Assembly (NCBI GenBank): GCA_964016885.1
Contig: OZ024740.1
Location: 235,724,001 to 235,788,000 of the forward strand
DNA from: Eledone cirrhosa
Taxonomy: Eukaryota
DNA: 64,000 nucleotides
Direction: 5' to 3'
The position numbers were made by a program, and so were the translations under genes. Position 1 is the stretch's first letter, and the number at the start of each line of letters is the position of its first letter. A model generated the notes under the pieces. The model worked only from the letters and a program-made list of their open reading frames with translations, ran no database searches and was not told where the DNA came from. This document shows positions 37,984-52,444 of this stretch, in pieces.

Positions 37984-39804
37984 TGATATTATTTTTTCCC
38001 ATTAATTTTCTATTTCATACTGGTGGATGTGTAATAGTAATACACTGTGCTGAGAAAGACCCATCCAACCCATACAAGCATGGAAAAGCAGACATAAAAA
38101 CGATGATGATGATATTATATATATTATATATAATAGACTTGGAATCACCACCTTGCCCCCCCCCCCCCCCCCAAAAAAAATTTTTTTTTTGCCTGCCTGC
38201 CTTATCTATTCTGATAAAACCTGTTTTGTTTTTTTTCTAACCTTCCAATCTCCTCTTTCTCTGAACTTTTCTCTTTCCTGACGAAGGACTAATGTCCTAT
38301 ACATTGAAACACTCTTTTCCCTTTTTTAACAAGTATGAAACTAATAAGACTTCATGTTATTGTATCTATGTGTCCGTTTTGTTTCTCTTGAACTATATAT
38401 AGTAACATGCATACAAAGCTGCATGCACACATTCTACATATACATATCTATATGTACATACATACATTTACACCTGCTATATATATATATACATATATGT
38501 AAGCTGATATATTTGGATATATCTACTCCATCATATGCACACATTACCAGATTAAAAGAACAGAAAAGAAAGCCTGATTGATTTCTATATGTGTACTAAT
38601 TTCATTTATTAGTACAAAAGCAGAATAGTGCAGTGTGTACTACAGAAAACAACAGAACAGCAAAGTATGTAGACTAGAATAAAATCTGCTATATTCAGAC
38701 AAATCTAATTATGGTTTGTGCTAAATCTAATTGTATGCAGGTCAGGTATGATATCAAAGAGATGGTCAGTTCACACAAAAGAACTCAGTGGTTGTATGTT
38801 CAAAGTGAGTTAAATCCACCTGAATTTTCCAATACCATTAGTGTAATAAAAACCACAAACATTCCAGAAAACTCAAGACACTTCTTTCTGAAAAGTTAAT
38901 CAACAAATGAAAAGAAAGCAATATTAGTGAAGAAGAAAAATATTGTAAAAATCTTTTGGATGTTACCAAAAACAAAATGGCTGACTGATATGAAATAAAA
39001 GGTAGCCATGTTTAAAGAAATTATATCAATTGTTTCTCTGAGCTACATCGCCATCATCACATAGACTATTAACAAAAGATATCTCTGTCTTTTCATCTTT
39101 ACTTTATCAGCCATACAAAATATTCTATCTGTAAATCGTTCAACTCTTATACAATTGCACCAATCTCACAGTCTAGTTCTAGGCAACAGTTTACATGATT
39201 TATTTTGCTTTCTTTAGATTTTGTTTTCTTTGTCCAGCCTATATATTATGCCATAATGTCCAACTGAATAATGAAGCAAATGAATAATAATGACTGCTGG
39301 ATGTTTTTGTTAACAAGTTCTGCTACCTGTAACAAATGAACCACATTCTTTTAGCTACATACCAACCATTCACTCTTCACCAAAATCATTTCACAAATAG
39401 CTGTGATGCAGCCACTGAGTCATTCAAATGTTGAACTGAAACATCACACATGAATACATCAGAATGGTTGTATTAGGATTTGAACTTTTTGTCGTTTGAC
39501 CAGTAGACCATTGTTTGAAGCAGTCAGCTGGGTTGCAGCTCATTGGAGTGTAGCGAGTATGTGAATGAAATCAAAGAGAGATGATTAAATATTCATAAAT
39601 ATATATAAATACAAAGAAGTAAAGTCTCTATGTTATTGTACATATATCTATAAAGTTCTTTAATACGTAGTTGTCTGTATTTGGCTGCTTATATATGTAT
39701 CATCATCATCATCATCGTCGTTTAAAGTACATCTTCCACGCTAGATGGGTTGGAATGTTTTGTTCCATTTGATGCTTGGAAGTTGGACGTTAAACGATGA
39801 TGAT

Positions 39805-39864
<60 letters not shown>

Positions 39865-40537
39865 TAGGAGTGTATATGAAAGCATATGCTATATGTGTAT
39901 ACGCAAAAAAACATATGAGAGCCTCGCTATCAAAGGAGAATTATTTTTTTTGTTATGAAAAACTAATTTTTCTCTCTTGTACCCTGTGAAGATATCTCAG
40001 TCACCATAGAATGCCCGACAGCACTGGATTAAGCCATTCACTCAACTGGTTCTGAGATGAAAATAGACTAGAGCCTATAAAGATTTTGCATGATGAACAT
40101 TAGCTGAAAACGTTCATTTGCATATAGAGCAAACTTGGCTGATTATAATTTATTTGCAATAGCACTAAGATGGTGTTAAGCATAGTAGGGGTGTATATGA
40201 AATATGTACTATATGTTTATATACAGGATTACTGGATAGATGAACAATCATACAAACTGAAAAATTTGCATTTTGATGAATTAATGGTCTGCATAAGAAA
40301 AAAATCTATATTTTATGTTGATTTCTCTTATATCATCATCATCATCATCATCTTCTTCGTTTAACGTCCATCTTCCACGCTAGCATGGGTTAGTTGTCCC
40401 ACTTGAGGCAAGGTTGGTCGGGTGACCGTGTCTCGCTCATATGAAACTATCTGGCAGGTTTTCTACGGCTGGATGCCCTTCCTAACACCAACCTCATTTA
40501 CAGTGTGGAAGTGATTAAAGATAATGATATTTTAACA

Positions 40538-40707
40538 CCATATTTCCCGGCGTCAAGGATGCTACTTTTTTCCTAAAATAAGTCTCAAAAATCTACCATG
40601 CATCCTGGAGGCCGAAGGTTGTTTATTATTTTTTTTTTCAAATTTTTGATTGTCAAAATTAGGGTGTGTCCTCGAGGATGAAGCATCTTCGGCGCCGGGA
40701 AATACAG
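40538..40707. mobile_element. MITE of the Tc1/pogo type
   Basis: TIRs ccatatttcccggcg / cgccgggaaatacag, TA on the right flank. Confidence 0.7.
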
Positions 40708-40949
40708 TAATCTATTTTGAGGATATAATTTCATAAATGTTTAGCATATATATATTCAAAGAACATACATGATTACATGTATGAGTAACTTTGGGGAAAT
40801 AACTATTAATAGAAACAAATATAGGGTTAGAACTCAGCACCTTGTGATTGGAAAGTGAACTTCTTTTAACAACATGACTAAGATAGGAAATACATTTATG
40901 TGCATGTGTGTGTAAATAGTGTTATAGACAGAATATATATATATATATG

Positions 40950-41004
<55 letters not shown>

Positions 41005-41165
41005 GTGTGTATATGTATATGTATATATATATATATATACATATACATATACACACATATATGCAAAATCAAGACAAGATATTTTTGCGAGCGAGGAATC
41101 TTGATGTCGATTTAACCCCCAAATCTCTTTCCAAACTATATAAGGAACACTTGTGACTGTTTATG

Positions 41166-41202
41166 CCCTTGAGAAGCCCAACTGGGCGAAACGTACGTAG
41201 GT
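41166..41202 (+). ncRNA. Minimal hammerhead motif with a U3-A8 core variant, in a roughly 200-bp PLE-like 3' fragment (41063-41261)
   Basis: cc TTGAGAA GCCC aact GGGC GAAA CGTACG TA gg; lies after a short ORF end and before AATAAA; (TA)n on both sides. Confidence 0.7.
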
Positions 41203-41261
41203 GATATTTTCAATAAACATGTTTTAACGGTCTATTCTCCGATTTTTCACTTTCCCACTTG

Positions 41262-41458
<197 letters not shown>

Positions 41459-41467
41459 TATACATAT

Positions 41468-41498
<31 letters not shown>

Positions 41499-41534
41499 CC
41501 CATGCTAACGTGGAAAATGGACGTTAAACGAAGA

Positions 41535-41595
<61 letters not shown>

Positions 41596-41724
41596 TATAT
41601 ATTATTTTCAACATATATATTTAATTATTTTCAACTGAACCAGATCAATAATGATATATAGTCATCTGATCCAGAAATATTATACGGAGTAGCGAAACAA
41701 TTGTAAACGGACATTATTATTATT

Positions 41725-41905
41725 AGATTGGCAGTATCGGTAGAGGGTCAGACGCTATGCTTTCCAGCATAGTTACGTCCCTTTACGATCTGAGTTCAAA
41801 TCCCGCCAAGGTTGACTTTGCCTTTCATCCTTACGGGGTCGATAAAATAAAGTACCAGTAATGCACTGGATAATTGCTGGCCTTGTGCCTAATGTAGAAA
41901 CAATT
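41725..41905 (+). mobile_element. SINE family A copy
   Basis: Near-identical to 5725-5910. Confidence 0.85.
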
Positions 41906-42020
41906 ATTATTAATATTATTATTATTATTCTCTACATTCCCTACATCAAACTAAAATATGTTGACAATCTTTTAATAATGTCTTCCTGGTGAAATTTGTG
42001 GTCTTGTTTTGCTTAACTAA

Positions 42021-42067
<47 letters not shown>

Positions 42068-42585
42068 TCACACATATAGAAGATATCATTGGTGGAAACC
42101 AGGAACAATAAGTTCAATCCACCATCATGTATACATACAAAAACCTGTCGGTTATTATTATGGTTGATATAAGTTGGTTTATATGTACAGCATGCATGTG
42201 CACATACATTCACATGACAGAACATGTGTTAACACATATATGCAAATATATGCACATATATATATATAAATGTGTGCATATAAGTACATAAGTAAGTATG
42301 TGTAGCTCTTGAAATTGCATAAATGGAAACATACATACACTTAGTTACATGTACACATGCATAATTATATGTACATGCACACCTGTGTGTGTGTGTGTGT
42401 GTATGTGTGTGTATACAAATTCATCAGAATATATATTTGTGTGTGTATGCTCTTGAGTAATCGCATAAATAAAAACACACATTCATTAACACTTGTACAT
42501 AGTTATATGTACATATGCAAATATATGTGTGTGAGAGAGAGATAGATATATAGATATATAGATAGATAGAGAGATAGAGAGAGAG

Positions 42586-42640
<55 letters not shown>

Positions 42641-43399
42641 GATAGAGATAGATAGAGAGGGAGAGAGAGAGTATGTGTTTGGGTACAGGTACATCAGAAT
42701 ATGTATTTGTGTGTGTAAGTGTGTGATCACACAGCCACTCTGACAACACAAGCAAGGCAAGCCCTCTCATTAAGTCGTTGCTGAACAAACTGCATCTATC
42801 AATTTGACGACAATTTTCTCAAGAATATTCTCATTCCATCAATGTTAAATAAAACATTACTGATAATCTCTGTTGATCTGTTCTGATATTGATTATTACA
42901 CACATACCCACACATACAGACAGGGACACACTAACACACACAAACACACATACACATATGACAGAACTTGTACATGTGATTACACAAGTATATGAAATGT
43001 CTTAAATGTTCACTTGTAGTGACACATATTTCATATATGTGTTAACACAGTGAGGATGTTATGTCTTTAGACAACACATATATGTCAGTTCTTACACATT
43101 GTGTTGACATGGTTGTATAAAATCCCTTTAGATCTATATATGTAGTGACACAGCTTTTAAATGTATTTGCACATCTATTCAGAAGGTTTTTAAATTTACA
43201 CATGTAATGACATAACCCTTACATGTTTTACACATCTAAATAGTCTTTCAATTTGCATCTCTTTACATGGCTGGAATGTATGGTATGTGATTTTAGGGAA
43301 TTTGGTTACTATTAATAGCAGGTCAAGCAATCACATAGAAACTTTCTTATTGGTTTGTATAGTTTCTGATAACCTCTTATGAAGATCCTACATACATAA

Positions 43400-44440
43400 C
43401 ATTGCCATGATTATACCTCTAAAAGAGGTATAATCTATCTATAGAGCCAGGAAATACTTCAGCTTTCATCAATTGTTGATCTGCTACAAAGTTCAAGATC
43501 AACACTGGAACACCACTGGCATATATCTGAGACAGTGCTGCTTCTATTACACACATGAACATTCTTGACAATATACAACAAAAAAGGCTATTAAACTGAT
43601 TGTCAAAATCTACTTAGTGTAACACACTAAAAGTATATTGGTTTCTTGGTGTAGTTTCTTATCACTTCCTCTTCTACTGCTACTAAAATGCCCTCTACTA
43701 CTCTGAAATACCTAGCTAAATAATCTCTCCCACCAAACCCACAATTTTTTTGTGAGGTGGGGACACTACTGCTGATGACCTAGTTCTTATAGCTGAATCT
43801 GTGGAAGATCTAGAGAAGACATTCAAGACATGGACACAATATCTAGAATCAAAACAACTCAAAGCCAATTCAGCAAAGACAAAATCTTTAGTAATTTGGA
43901 AAGAAAATAAGCTGCTGCTGCCATCAGAGAAATGGCCATGCTCAATGTGCAGAAAAGGTAGGAATTCCATATAGTGAACCAAATGTTAAATATGAGTACA
44001 CAATATGTGTAATGAGATTGCAAGTAGGCTAACGGTCAACCATCTCATGTATATCAATTCTAGTGTTATCAATAATTGTTCCTACTTTTGGCATAGGGCC
44101 AGCAATTATCTCAGTACATTACTGGTTCTTTATTTTATTGACCTCATAAGGATAAAAGGCAAAGTTAACCTCGGCAGAATTTGAACTCGGGTAACTCTAT
44201 ACCATAAAGCATGGCATCCGATCCTCTACCAATACTGCCAAATCAATAATGATGACAATAGCATTGAATACTGTATATTTAAATTTTGAAGTCTAAGCAC
44301 TCCTGACACTCTTTATCCTTACTGTGTCTCACTAGATCACTCACTAATCACTTTGAAAATTCCTATTTCCCTGGAACTTCAACCATCTGGAACACTCTGC
44401 TTACCTTTTCTAACCGAGAGACATCAACCTACAAATGTTC
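43400..44440 (+). mobile_element. Degraded LINE 3' region interrupted by an RTE fragment (43765-44050) and SINE A (44073-44245, minus)
   Basis: YKVQD...ILDNIQQK and NSYFPGTSTIWNTL; RTE piece ADDLVLIAESVEDLEK. Confidence 0.55.
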
Positions 44441-45221
44441 AGACTGAACAGCAGTCACATTAATCTCACCATACAAGGAGGGTTTGTTCAGGCTGAACAA
44501 CAGCCACATTAACCTCTCCAGATGATGAAGGTTTGTTCAGGATGAACAGCAGTCACATTAATTTCACCAGATGAGGAGGGTTTGTTCAGGCTGAACAACA
44601 GTCACATTAATCTCTCCAGATAAGGAGGGTTTGTTCAGGATGAACAGCAGTCACATTAATCTCTCCAGACGAGGAGGGTTTGTTCAGGATGAACAACAGT
44701 CACATTAATTTCACCAAATGAGGAGGGTTTGTTCAGGATGAACAACACTCACATTAATTTCACCAGATGAGGAGGGTTTGTTCAGGATGAACAACAGCCA
44801 CATTAATCTCTCCAGATGAGGAGGGTTTGTTCAGGCTGAACAACAGCCACATCAATCTCTCCAGATGAGGAAGGTTTGTTCAGGATGAACAACAGCGACA
44901 TTAATGTCACCAGCCAATGAGGGTTTGTTCAGGATGAACAACAGTCACATTAATTTCACCAGACGAGGAGGGTTTGTTCAGGATGAACAGCAGTCACATT
45001 AATTTCACCAGACAAGGAGGGTTTGTTCAGGCTGAACAACAGTCACATTAATTTCACCAGACAAGGAGGGTTTGTTCAGGCTGAACAGCAGTCACATTAA
45101 TTTCACCAGACAAGGAGGGTTTGTTCAGGCTGAACAACAGTCACATTAATTTCACCAGACAAGGAGGGTTTGTTCAGGCTGAACAACAGTCACATTAATT
45201 TCACCAGACAAGGAGGGTTTG
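44440..45221. repeat. 48-bp minisatellite, about 16 copies
   Basis: Unit gaggagggtttgttcaggatgaacaacagtcacattaatttcaccaga. Confidence 0.95.
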
Positions 45222-45465
45222 CAAAGGTCATATGCATTGCTCTTCTTCATTTGAATAACCTCTATATAAACAAGAAAACACACAATGCTATCATACTCCT
45301 TCCAGAACACCATCATGCTTTCCACTGTCACACGCCACAAGATTATTTCTGCAGCACCACTAGATTCTACCAACACCAATTCCAGCACCAACACCACATG
45401 AATACCATTACCACACTATCATATCCTCACACTACAGCAACTCACTATTGCACATCACTAGCACG

Positions 45466-45519
45466 CCACCACCACCACCACCACTACTGCTGTTGCTACT
45501 GCTGCTACTGCTGCTGCTG

Positions 45520-45610
<91 letters not shown>

Positions 45611-45611
45611 C
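45466..45611. repeat. (CAC)/(TGC)/(TAC)n compound trinucleotide repeat
   Basis: Direct inspection. Confidence 0.95.
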
Positions 45612-46130
45612 GCCACATTCAAGCTAGAATCAATAGTTACATTTCTGAGTGATGAAAAACATAGCTGCCTTGACATCTCTGACTGCCTGTCTCTATCTAC
45701 CCCACCCTGCTAAATACACACACTCAAACACACATCTGTGTATGTGTGTATAAATATAATATATGTATGTATGGTATGTGTGTGTGTGTATATGTATGTA
45801 TATATATATATATATATGTATGCTTAATATTGACAGTCACAAGAATGAGTACTCAATACCATAGTAGAGATTAAGATATTCTTTATTAAGGCCAAGTTTG
45901 AGTTTCTCATATATAATGTGAGTCCACAGGAGAAAATCCAGAGTAATAAGACTCAAGCTTGTTGGTTGCGGTCGAGTTCAGTATGTCAAGTTTGAGAAGG
46001 TGGGTGGTCCACATTTAGTTTAGGGTGTTTGCTAAGTGTTTGACTGATTGGAATAACAATAATGGCCTTATTTACATATGTATGTGTGTGTGTATATATA
46101 TATATACACATACACACACACGCATATATA

Positions 46131-47022
46131 CAGGGTGCGGATGATATTTGTTCGCAAGATTACTGTCTAGGAAAAAATAACACAGTAGTTTTATTTTATA
46201 AGATTTATTTATCAAACTTGGGTCAGTTTGTGTTCATGACTTGTTCTTTCAATCTCACTCAATAAACCCGCCATTGGCTTTGATGACGGCCTCATGGCGG
46301 CCTTGGAACCAGCTACAGGCCTTCGTCACTGTCCCCCAACTTAGGCCCCTAAAGGCACTTGTGATCCTGGCCTTCAGATCGTCTTTCATATTACAGATAG
46401 ATCTGTTGGTGTCTCATTCCACTGCGCCGCACACAAAGAAGTCGAGGGGGTTGCAGTCAGGCGAGCTGGGAGGCCAGATGTCAGGTGAAGTGTGGTCAAT
46501 GAATTTCTCTGACAGCCAGGCTTGGGTCTTTTGGCTGGTATGGCAGGGCGCTGAGTCTTGCTGCCACACGTATGGCCTACCTGCGGTTACCTGGTCGATC
46601 CAGGGCTTTACTACCTCGCTCAGAATGTGGATGTAGCCATCGGTGTTCAGCTTGAGGCCCTCAGGGAAGAGGTGAGGTGGCATGACGTCACCTTGACTGC
46701 TGACGACACCTAAGACCAATGTTGTCGCTGGAAACTTTGTCTGCATGACTCTGGGCATGTCTTTGGATGAGACAGCGAGCAACCAGTTGTTCTGGGAGTT
46801 GATCTTCTGGTCTTATTTGTCCTCCCAGCGCGGATTCCAAGAAGAACTCCGTGTCTCTTCCACAAATTTGGAGGTTCAAAATTATTCATAATCAATTATT
46901 CTGAAAATAAATAATGGAAATATACTCACTGTTTTTATGAAGACAAGAGTGACAACGGAAGTAAAAAAAATTTGCATAAAATTAGCAGTTGACAATTGTG
47001 AACAAATATCGTCCGCACCCTG
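46131..47022 (-). mobile_element. Internally deleted maT (DD37D) Tc1/mariner transposon
   Basis: TA TSDs; TIRs CAGGGTGCGGAYGATATTTGTTCRCAA; QQDSAPCH...WPPSSPDCNPLD with 37 residues between the two Asp. Confidence 0.92.
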
Positions 47023-47029
47023 TATTTAT

Positions 47030-48540
47030 ATGACAAAGCCTTCGACAAAGTGCCCTGTGCTATAATCTGGTTAGCTCTTAGAAAACTAGGAGTAGATGAA
47101 TAGCTTGTAAAGGTTGTGCAAGCCATGTATAGGAGAGCAGTCAGCAAAGTTAGGGTTAACAATGACTACAGCGAGGAATTCAGCATACAGGTTGGTGTCC
47201 ACCAGGGCTCCGTTCTTAGCCCTCTCCTATTTATTATAGTACTGCAGGCTATAACAGAGGAGTTTAAGACCAGATTCCCATGGGAGCTTCTGTATGCAGA
47301 TGATCTTACACTTATAGCTGAATCTATGGTGGAACTAGAGAAGAAATTCCAAATATAGAAGCAGGGACTAAAAAGAAGAGGCTTCAAAATCAACCTGACA
47401 AAGACTAAGGTCCTCGTAAGTAGACGGGAAAACAGAACCCAGATCCCCTCAGGGAAATGGGCTTGCTCAGTATGCAGGAAAGGTGTAGGTAGAAATTCCA
47501 TCGTCTGCCCCAAATTAAAACTATGGGTGCACAAGAGATGTAGTGGGATCTCAGGACGTCTAGTTAAGAATGTAGGCTTTACATGTAGCAGTTGTACTGG
47601 GACAGCAAACAGTCACAGGAAACAAAAACTACCAAATTCTGGGAGGGCTCTGTAGAAATAGTAGACAGCTTCTGCTATCTAGAAGACCGAAGTAGCAGCA
47701 GAGGGGGGGGGGTGTTCTGAAAGTACAGTAACCAAGGTAGGAACAGGATGGAAGAAGTTCAGGGAGCTACTGCCACTGCTAACTACAAAAGGCTTTTCCC
47801 TCAAAATGAAAGGCAGACTGTATGATGCGTGCATACGAACAGCAATGTTACATGGTAGTGAAACCTGGGCTTTGATTAGAAAGAAATAAAGCCTGCATGC
47901 TCCGATGGATGTGTAATAGTAATATATGCAAACGGCAAAGCATAAACGAATTAAGAGAGAGACTGAGCATAAAAGGAATCAAATGTTGTGTGCAGGAGAG
48001 GAGATTGCATTGGTATGGAAATGTAATGTGTATGAAGGATGACAGTTGCATAAAAAGGTGCAGAGCACTAAAAGTCGATGGAAGCTTTGGAGTGGGAAGA
48101 CCCAATAAGACCTGGAATGAGGTGATAAAAACTGACCTTGCCCAATTACACCTCTCAAAGGCGATGACACAGGACCGAGACCTCTGGCGTTACGCAGTAA
48201 TACAAAAGACCTGAGTTCCCACGGGTACAAGCTGAAGCTGAAGTATATAGACAATATGCCCCACGTCCCTCCCGCTGTAAAGTTGTTGTGTAGGTGCCAT
48301 GACAAAAAACACCCAGCCCACACTGTAAAGTGATCATGTAAGCGCCACAGTAAAAAAGCACCAAGTACTGACTGTAAATGAGGTTGGTGTTAGGAAGGGG
48401 ATCCAGCTGTAGAAACTGAGCCAAAATCAGTTCCCGTATGAGCAAGTCATGGTCACGTGACCTGGCATTGCCCACAACAGGACAACCCATCTAACTCATG
48501 CTAGCGTGGAGGCATTGACATAAAACGGTGATGATGATCA
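47030..48540 (+). mobile_element. 5'-truncated RTE LINE (RT to 3' tail)
   Basis: KAFDKV, GVHQGSVLSPLLF, LLYADDL, LHGSETW, RRLHWYGNV, GRPNKTW; UTR ends in (gat)n. Confidence 0.95.
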
Positions 48541-49260
48541 GCATTTTTGGAGGTGTTTTTACTGACTGACCTGATCATCAATTTTTTCATGTTAGCTGTA
48601 TTTATTTTTGTTGATGACCATAATTAATTTGTGGGATATATCAATAATTTTGATGACTTTATTGGATGATTTTATGATCGTTAAGTTGCTGATCATATTG
48701 AACTATTGTTAATTACCCTGATAAATTTGTTCAATTTTTGCCACCTCACTACCAAATTCCTTAGAGATTTACTCTACAACTTATTAACCCCAGTTAGCAT
48801 TGAGTGAGACAGACAGTGAGTGACACAATGTTGCAGTACCATATATTGCGTGAAGCACTCCATGGTATTGGGATTTCCTCATCACATTTATATATATACA
48901 TATATATTCTCATGATGTGACAACCCACGCAACCATGGAAAATGGACATGAAACAATGATGATGATATATATATATATCACCATCATTGTTTCATGTCCA
49001 TTTTCCATGCATGCTTGCAGAGCAAACATCACGAATGCTCTATCCCAAAAATTATTTTTGAAAAGCATTTAGAAATGCGCAACCGGTAAAACTTAAAACC
49101 AAAACTGAATACTAACCAATACAATTACTAATTCTCATTTAACCCTAACTGAACTATTTCTCACTGTGAACCATTTGTCAGCATTCTCTATTCCGTTTAC
49201 CAATATATAATAACTTGTGTGTTACACCTCTTTTCTTTTAACTATATATATATATATATA

Positions 49261-49451
<191 letters not shown>

Positions 49452-49455
49452 TCAT

Positions 49456-49780
49456 GGAGGCACATGCCTTAGTGGTTAGATCATTGGCCTTGCAATCGAA
49501 AGGTTGTGAGTTCAATTCTCAGACCAGGTGATGTGTTGTTTCCTTGAGCAAGACACTTTATTTCATATTTCTCCAGTTTACTCAGCTGTAGAAATGAGAT
49601 GATAGGACTGGGGTCCCTATCATTCCACTGCAAAGTGGTCGTGTAGGTGCCACGGAAAAAAAGCACGCAGTACTCACTGTAAATGAGGTTGGTGTTAGAA
49701 AAGCATCCAGCTGTAGAAATCAAGCCAAAATCAGTTCCCGTCTTACCCTTCCAAGCAGGGAAAAGTGGATGTAAAATGAT
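49456..49780 (+). mobile_element. SINE family B copy
   Basis: Near-identical to 6039-6420. Confidence 0.85.
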
Positions 49781-50689
49781 TCACGTCCATTTTCCATGCT
49801 TGCATGTGTTAGATGGGTTGTCACATCACGAGACAAGTCATATCCAGAGACCATGTCCGGCTCATATGGATCTGTATTTTGGCTTGGTTTGTACAGCCTT
49901 ATGCCCTTCCTAACACCACAGTGTGGACAGGGTGCATTTCTGGTAGCACTGAAATGACCACTCTACAGGATGAACTGGGTGCTTATTGCCATGTCACCAA
50001 CATGACCACCCTACAGGGTGGACTGGGGGATTTTATTGTGTCACCAGCATGAACACCTTACAGTGTAGACTGTGTGCTTTTTGTCATGTCACAAACATGA
50101 CTACTTAACAGGATGGATTGGGTGCCCTTGTTGTTGTGGCACCAGATCAGAATATAGGGTGGACTTAGTGCATTTTGGGAGATCAGATGTTGAGCGTATC
50201 CAACTTTTATGGGTTGGACAGGGGAAGTGCATCAGGGGTGAGGATTTGAATTGGGGCAGGGTAGGGTGGGGGGATGGAATTAGGTGCGCAAGTTCGACAT
50301 TGACTAGGTGCATTGGATATTTAGCAGGTGAGAGCAGAGTATAAGACTGGGGAGGGGAGAGAGGATTGGTGCAAACTAGTGTGTCCTCTACATGTTTGTT
50401 TTATTTCATTTTGTGCTCCTGGGAAGGTGGATGTTCTGCAGTACAACATGACACCACAAGTTTTATACATCTGCCTTTCATTTTGAGGGAAACATCTTTT
50501 GTAGCTAACAACGATAATAGCTCTCTGAACTTTTCAATCCCATTCTCACTCTATATCAGAATGTGGCCATTATGGGGTTTGTATGCCCTAATATTAAAGT
50601 ATTTTCTGTAGTCTATATATGGTGAAAACTTCTAATTCTCTTTTTAAAAAAAACAAAGCATTTGTGTGTATATGTGTGTGTGTGTAAAA

Positions 50690-51170
50690 TCATCATCATT
50701 TTACGTGTGCTGTTCCATGCTTGCATGGGTTGGACAGGTTTTTTTCAGCACAGCATCTCCCCATATTGCATTCCTTTGTCATCTCCTCTGTGAGCTACAG
50801 CAATTTGAAATCCGCTCTCATCATGTCTGTCCAGGTTTTATTTGGTCTTCCTTCATTGTGGTTTCCTTCTACTAGGATTTCTTGGTACTTCATCTAATAA
50901 TCATCATCCACGCACATTACATGTCCATACTATCGCAGTCTTCTCTCTTGCTTCATTTCTCTCCAGCCTTTGCATATCCGCTGCATTCCCTACCCATGTC
51001 TCACTACCATCCAGCATCACACATCCTGCACAGTTGTCATGCAGCCAACCTTTCATTCATAGGCAGAAACCTTTTGTTGTCAACAGATGTAGTAGCTCCT
51101 TAAACCTCTTCCATCCAGTCCTTATTCTAGCTACTAAATTCTTGAAGCACCCTCCTCCACTGCTAATTAC
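50690..51170 (-). mobile_element. Degraded RTE 3' fragment
   Basis: Reverse-complement homology to 47700-48210, with a (cat)n tail. Confidence 0.7.
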
Positions 51171-51361
51171 TGCATATACTCGTGTATAAGCTGAGAAATA
51201 TGTGCCAAAAAATAATCGATGATGAAATCAGAGGGGAGTTTATATTCAAGCTCTATATTTTGCCGATTTTCACCAACTTCAAATTCTACATAAAAAAGGT
51301 GCTGAAATATCTGCAGTTATTATTTTACAATGTAACACTGTTTTTTCTATATTTACTTCAT

Positions 51362-51545
51362 CATCGCAGTATCAGTAGAGGGTCAGACACCATGCTTTGA
51401 TGCATAGAGTTACGGCCCTTGCCATTCTGAGTTCAAATCCCGTCGAGGTTAACTTTGCCTTTCATCCTTACGAGGTCGATAAAATAAAGTACCAGTAATG
51501 CATTGGGTAATTGCTGGCCTTGACCCAAAAGTAGAAACAATTATT
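51362..51545 (+). mobile_element. SINE family A copy
   Basis: Matches 5725-5910. Confidence 0.85.
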
Positions 51546-51736
51546 GTTATTTATGCATTCCCTTGAAAATATTTCCTGGATACGGTAATAGACAGGATGG
51601 TCATGGCCTGAACACTATTGATGATAGGTTTGCTTGAACAACTGCTGCAACAAATAAACAGTCTTGTTTCTGCTCACATGGTAATAAAGTAGATGTAAAA
51701 CATTAAAATGAAAGGTTGTAGGTAAGATTTGAACTG

Positions 51737-52105
51737 GTGACCATGGAGTTGGCAGTGGCTCAAGTTAACCACACAATTTGTGTATCTTGTATGGTTGACC
51801 TCTGTTGTAATTCTAATAAAGAGTGTTCTAGTTGTATGAACACCTGGAATAGCTTACTTGTGAAATTAATGTACAAGTGGCTGAGCATTCCACAGACATG
51901 TGTACCCTTAATGCATTTCTCAGGGAGATTCAGTGTGACAAGTCTTGCCTTTTGAATTACAGGTACAACACATTTCGCCAGTTGAGTGGACTGGTGCAAC
52001 ATGAAATAGAATATCTTTCTGAAAGACACTACATGCTATCAGTTATAAAACTCATGTCATTACATCGTGAGTTGAAGACCCTAACCACAAAGTTATGTGC
52101 CTTCA
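51737..52105 (-). mobile_element. Degraded CORE-type SINE
   Basis: Reverse-complement head (ctaaccac...atgtgccttca) and ttgagtggactggtgcaac block. Confidence 0.6.
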
Positions 52106-52444
52106 TGTATCTCATTAGCAGTGATAAAATAAAGTAATTATTTAGTCAGTGGCCATAGGCTAAACTTAAATGTCAAGCTTTAGGTTTTTGCTATCTAATT
52201 TATAAACATTACACTTCCCTAGGGAAGAGTATATTGGCAAAGTCTTTAGAACATTGACCAGAATGCAGTATTTAATTTTATATGCTCTGAGTTCAAATCA
52301 TACTGAGGTCAACTTTTTCTTTTCTCCTTCTAGGATTAATAAAATAAAGTATCAGTCAAGTACTGGGATTGATATAATTAACTATTATAACAGAATCCCA
52401 ACAGTCCAAGATTGTCTACTCACAGTTCCTATTCATCTTTATAA

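Noticed and set aside
38276-38325. Hammerhead-like CTGACGA-aggac taat gtcct-...GAAA
   Set aside because: Seven extra nt before GAAA and no stem III or I; at most a decayed remnant
45170-45652. 160-aa His/Cys/Tyr-rich ORF
   Set aside because: Made of the minisatellite end and trinucleotide repeats
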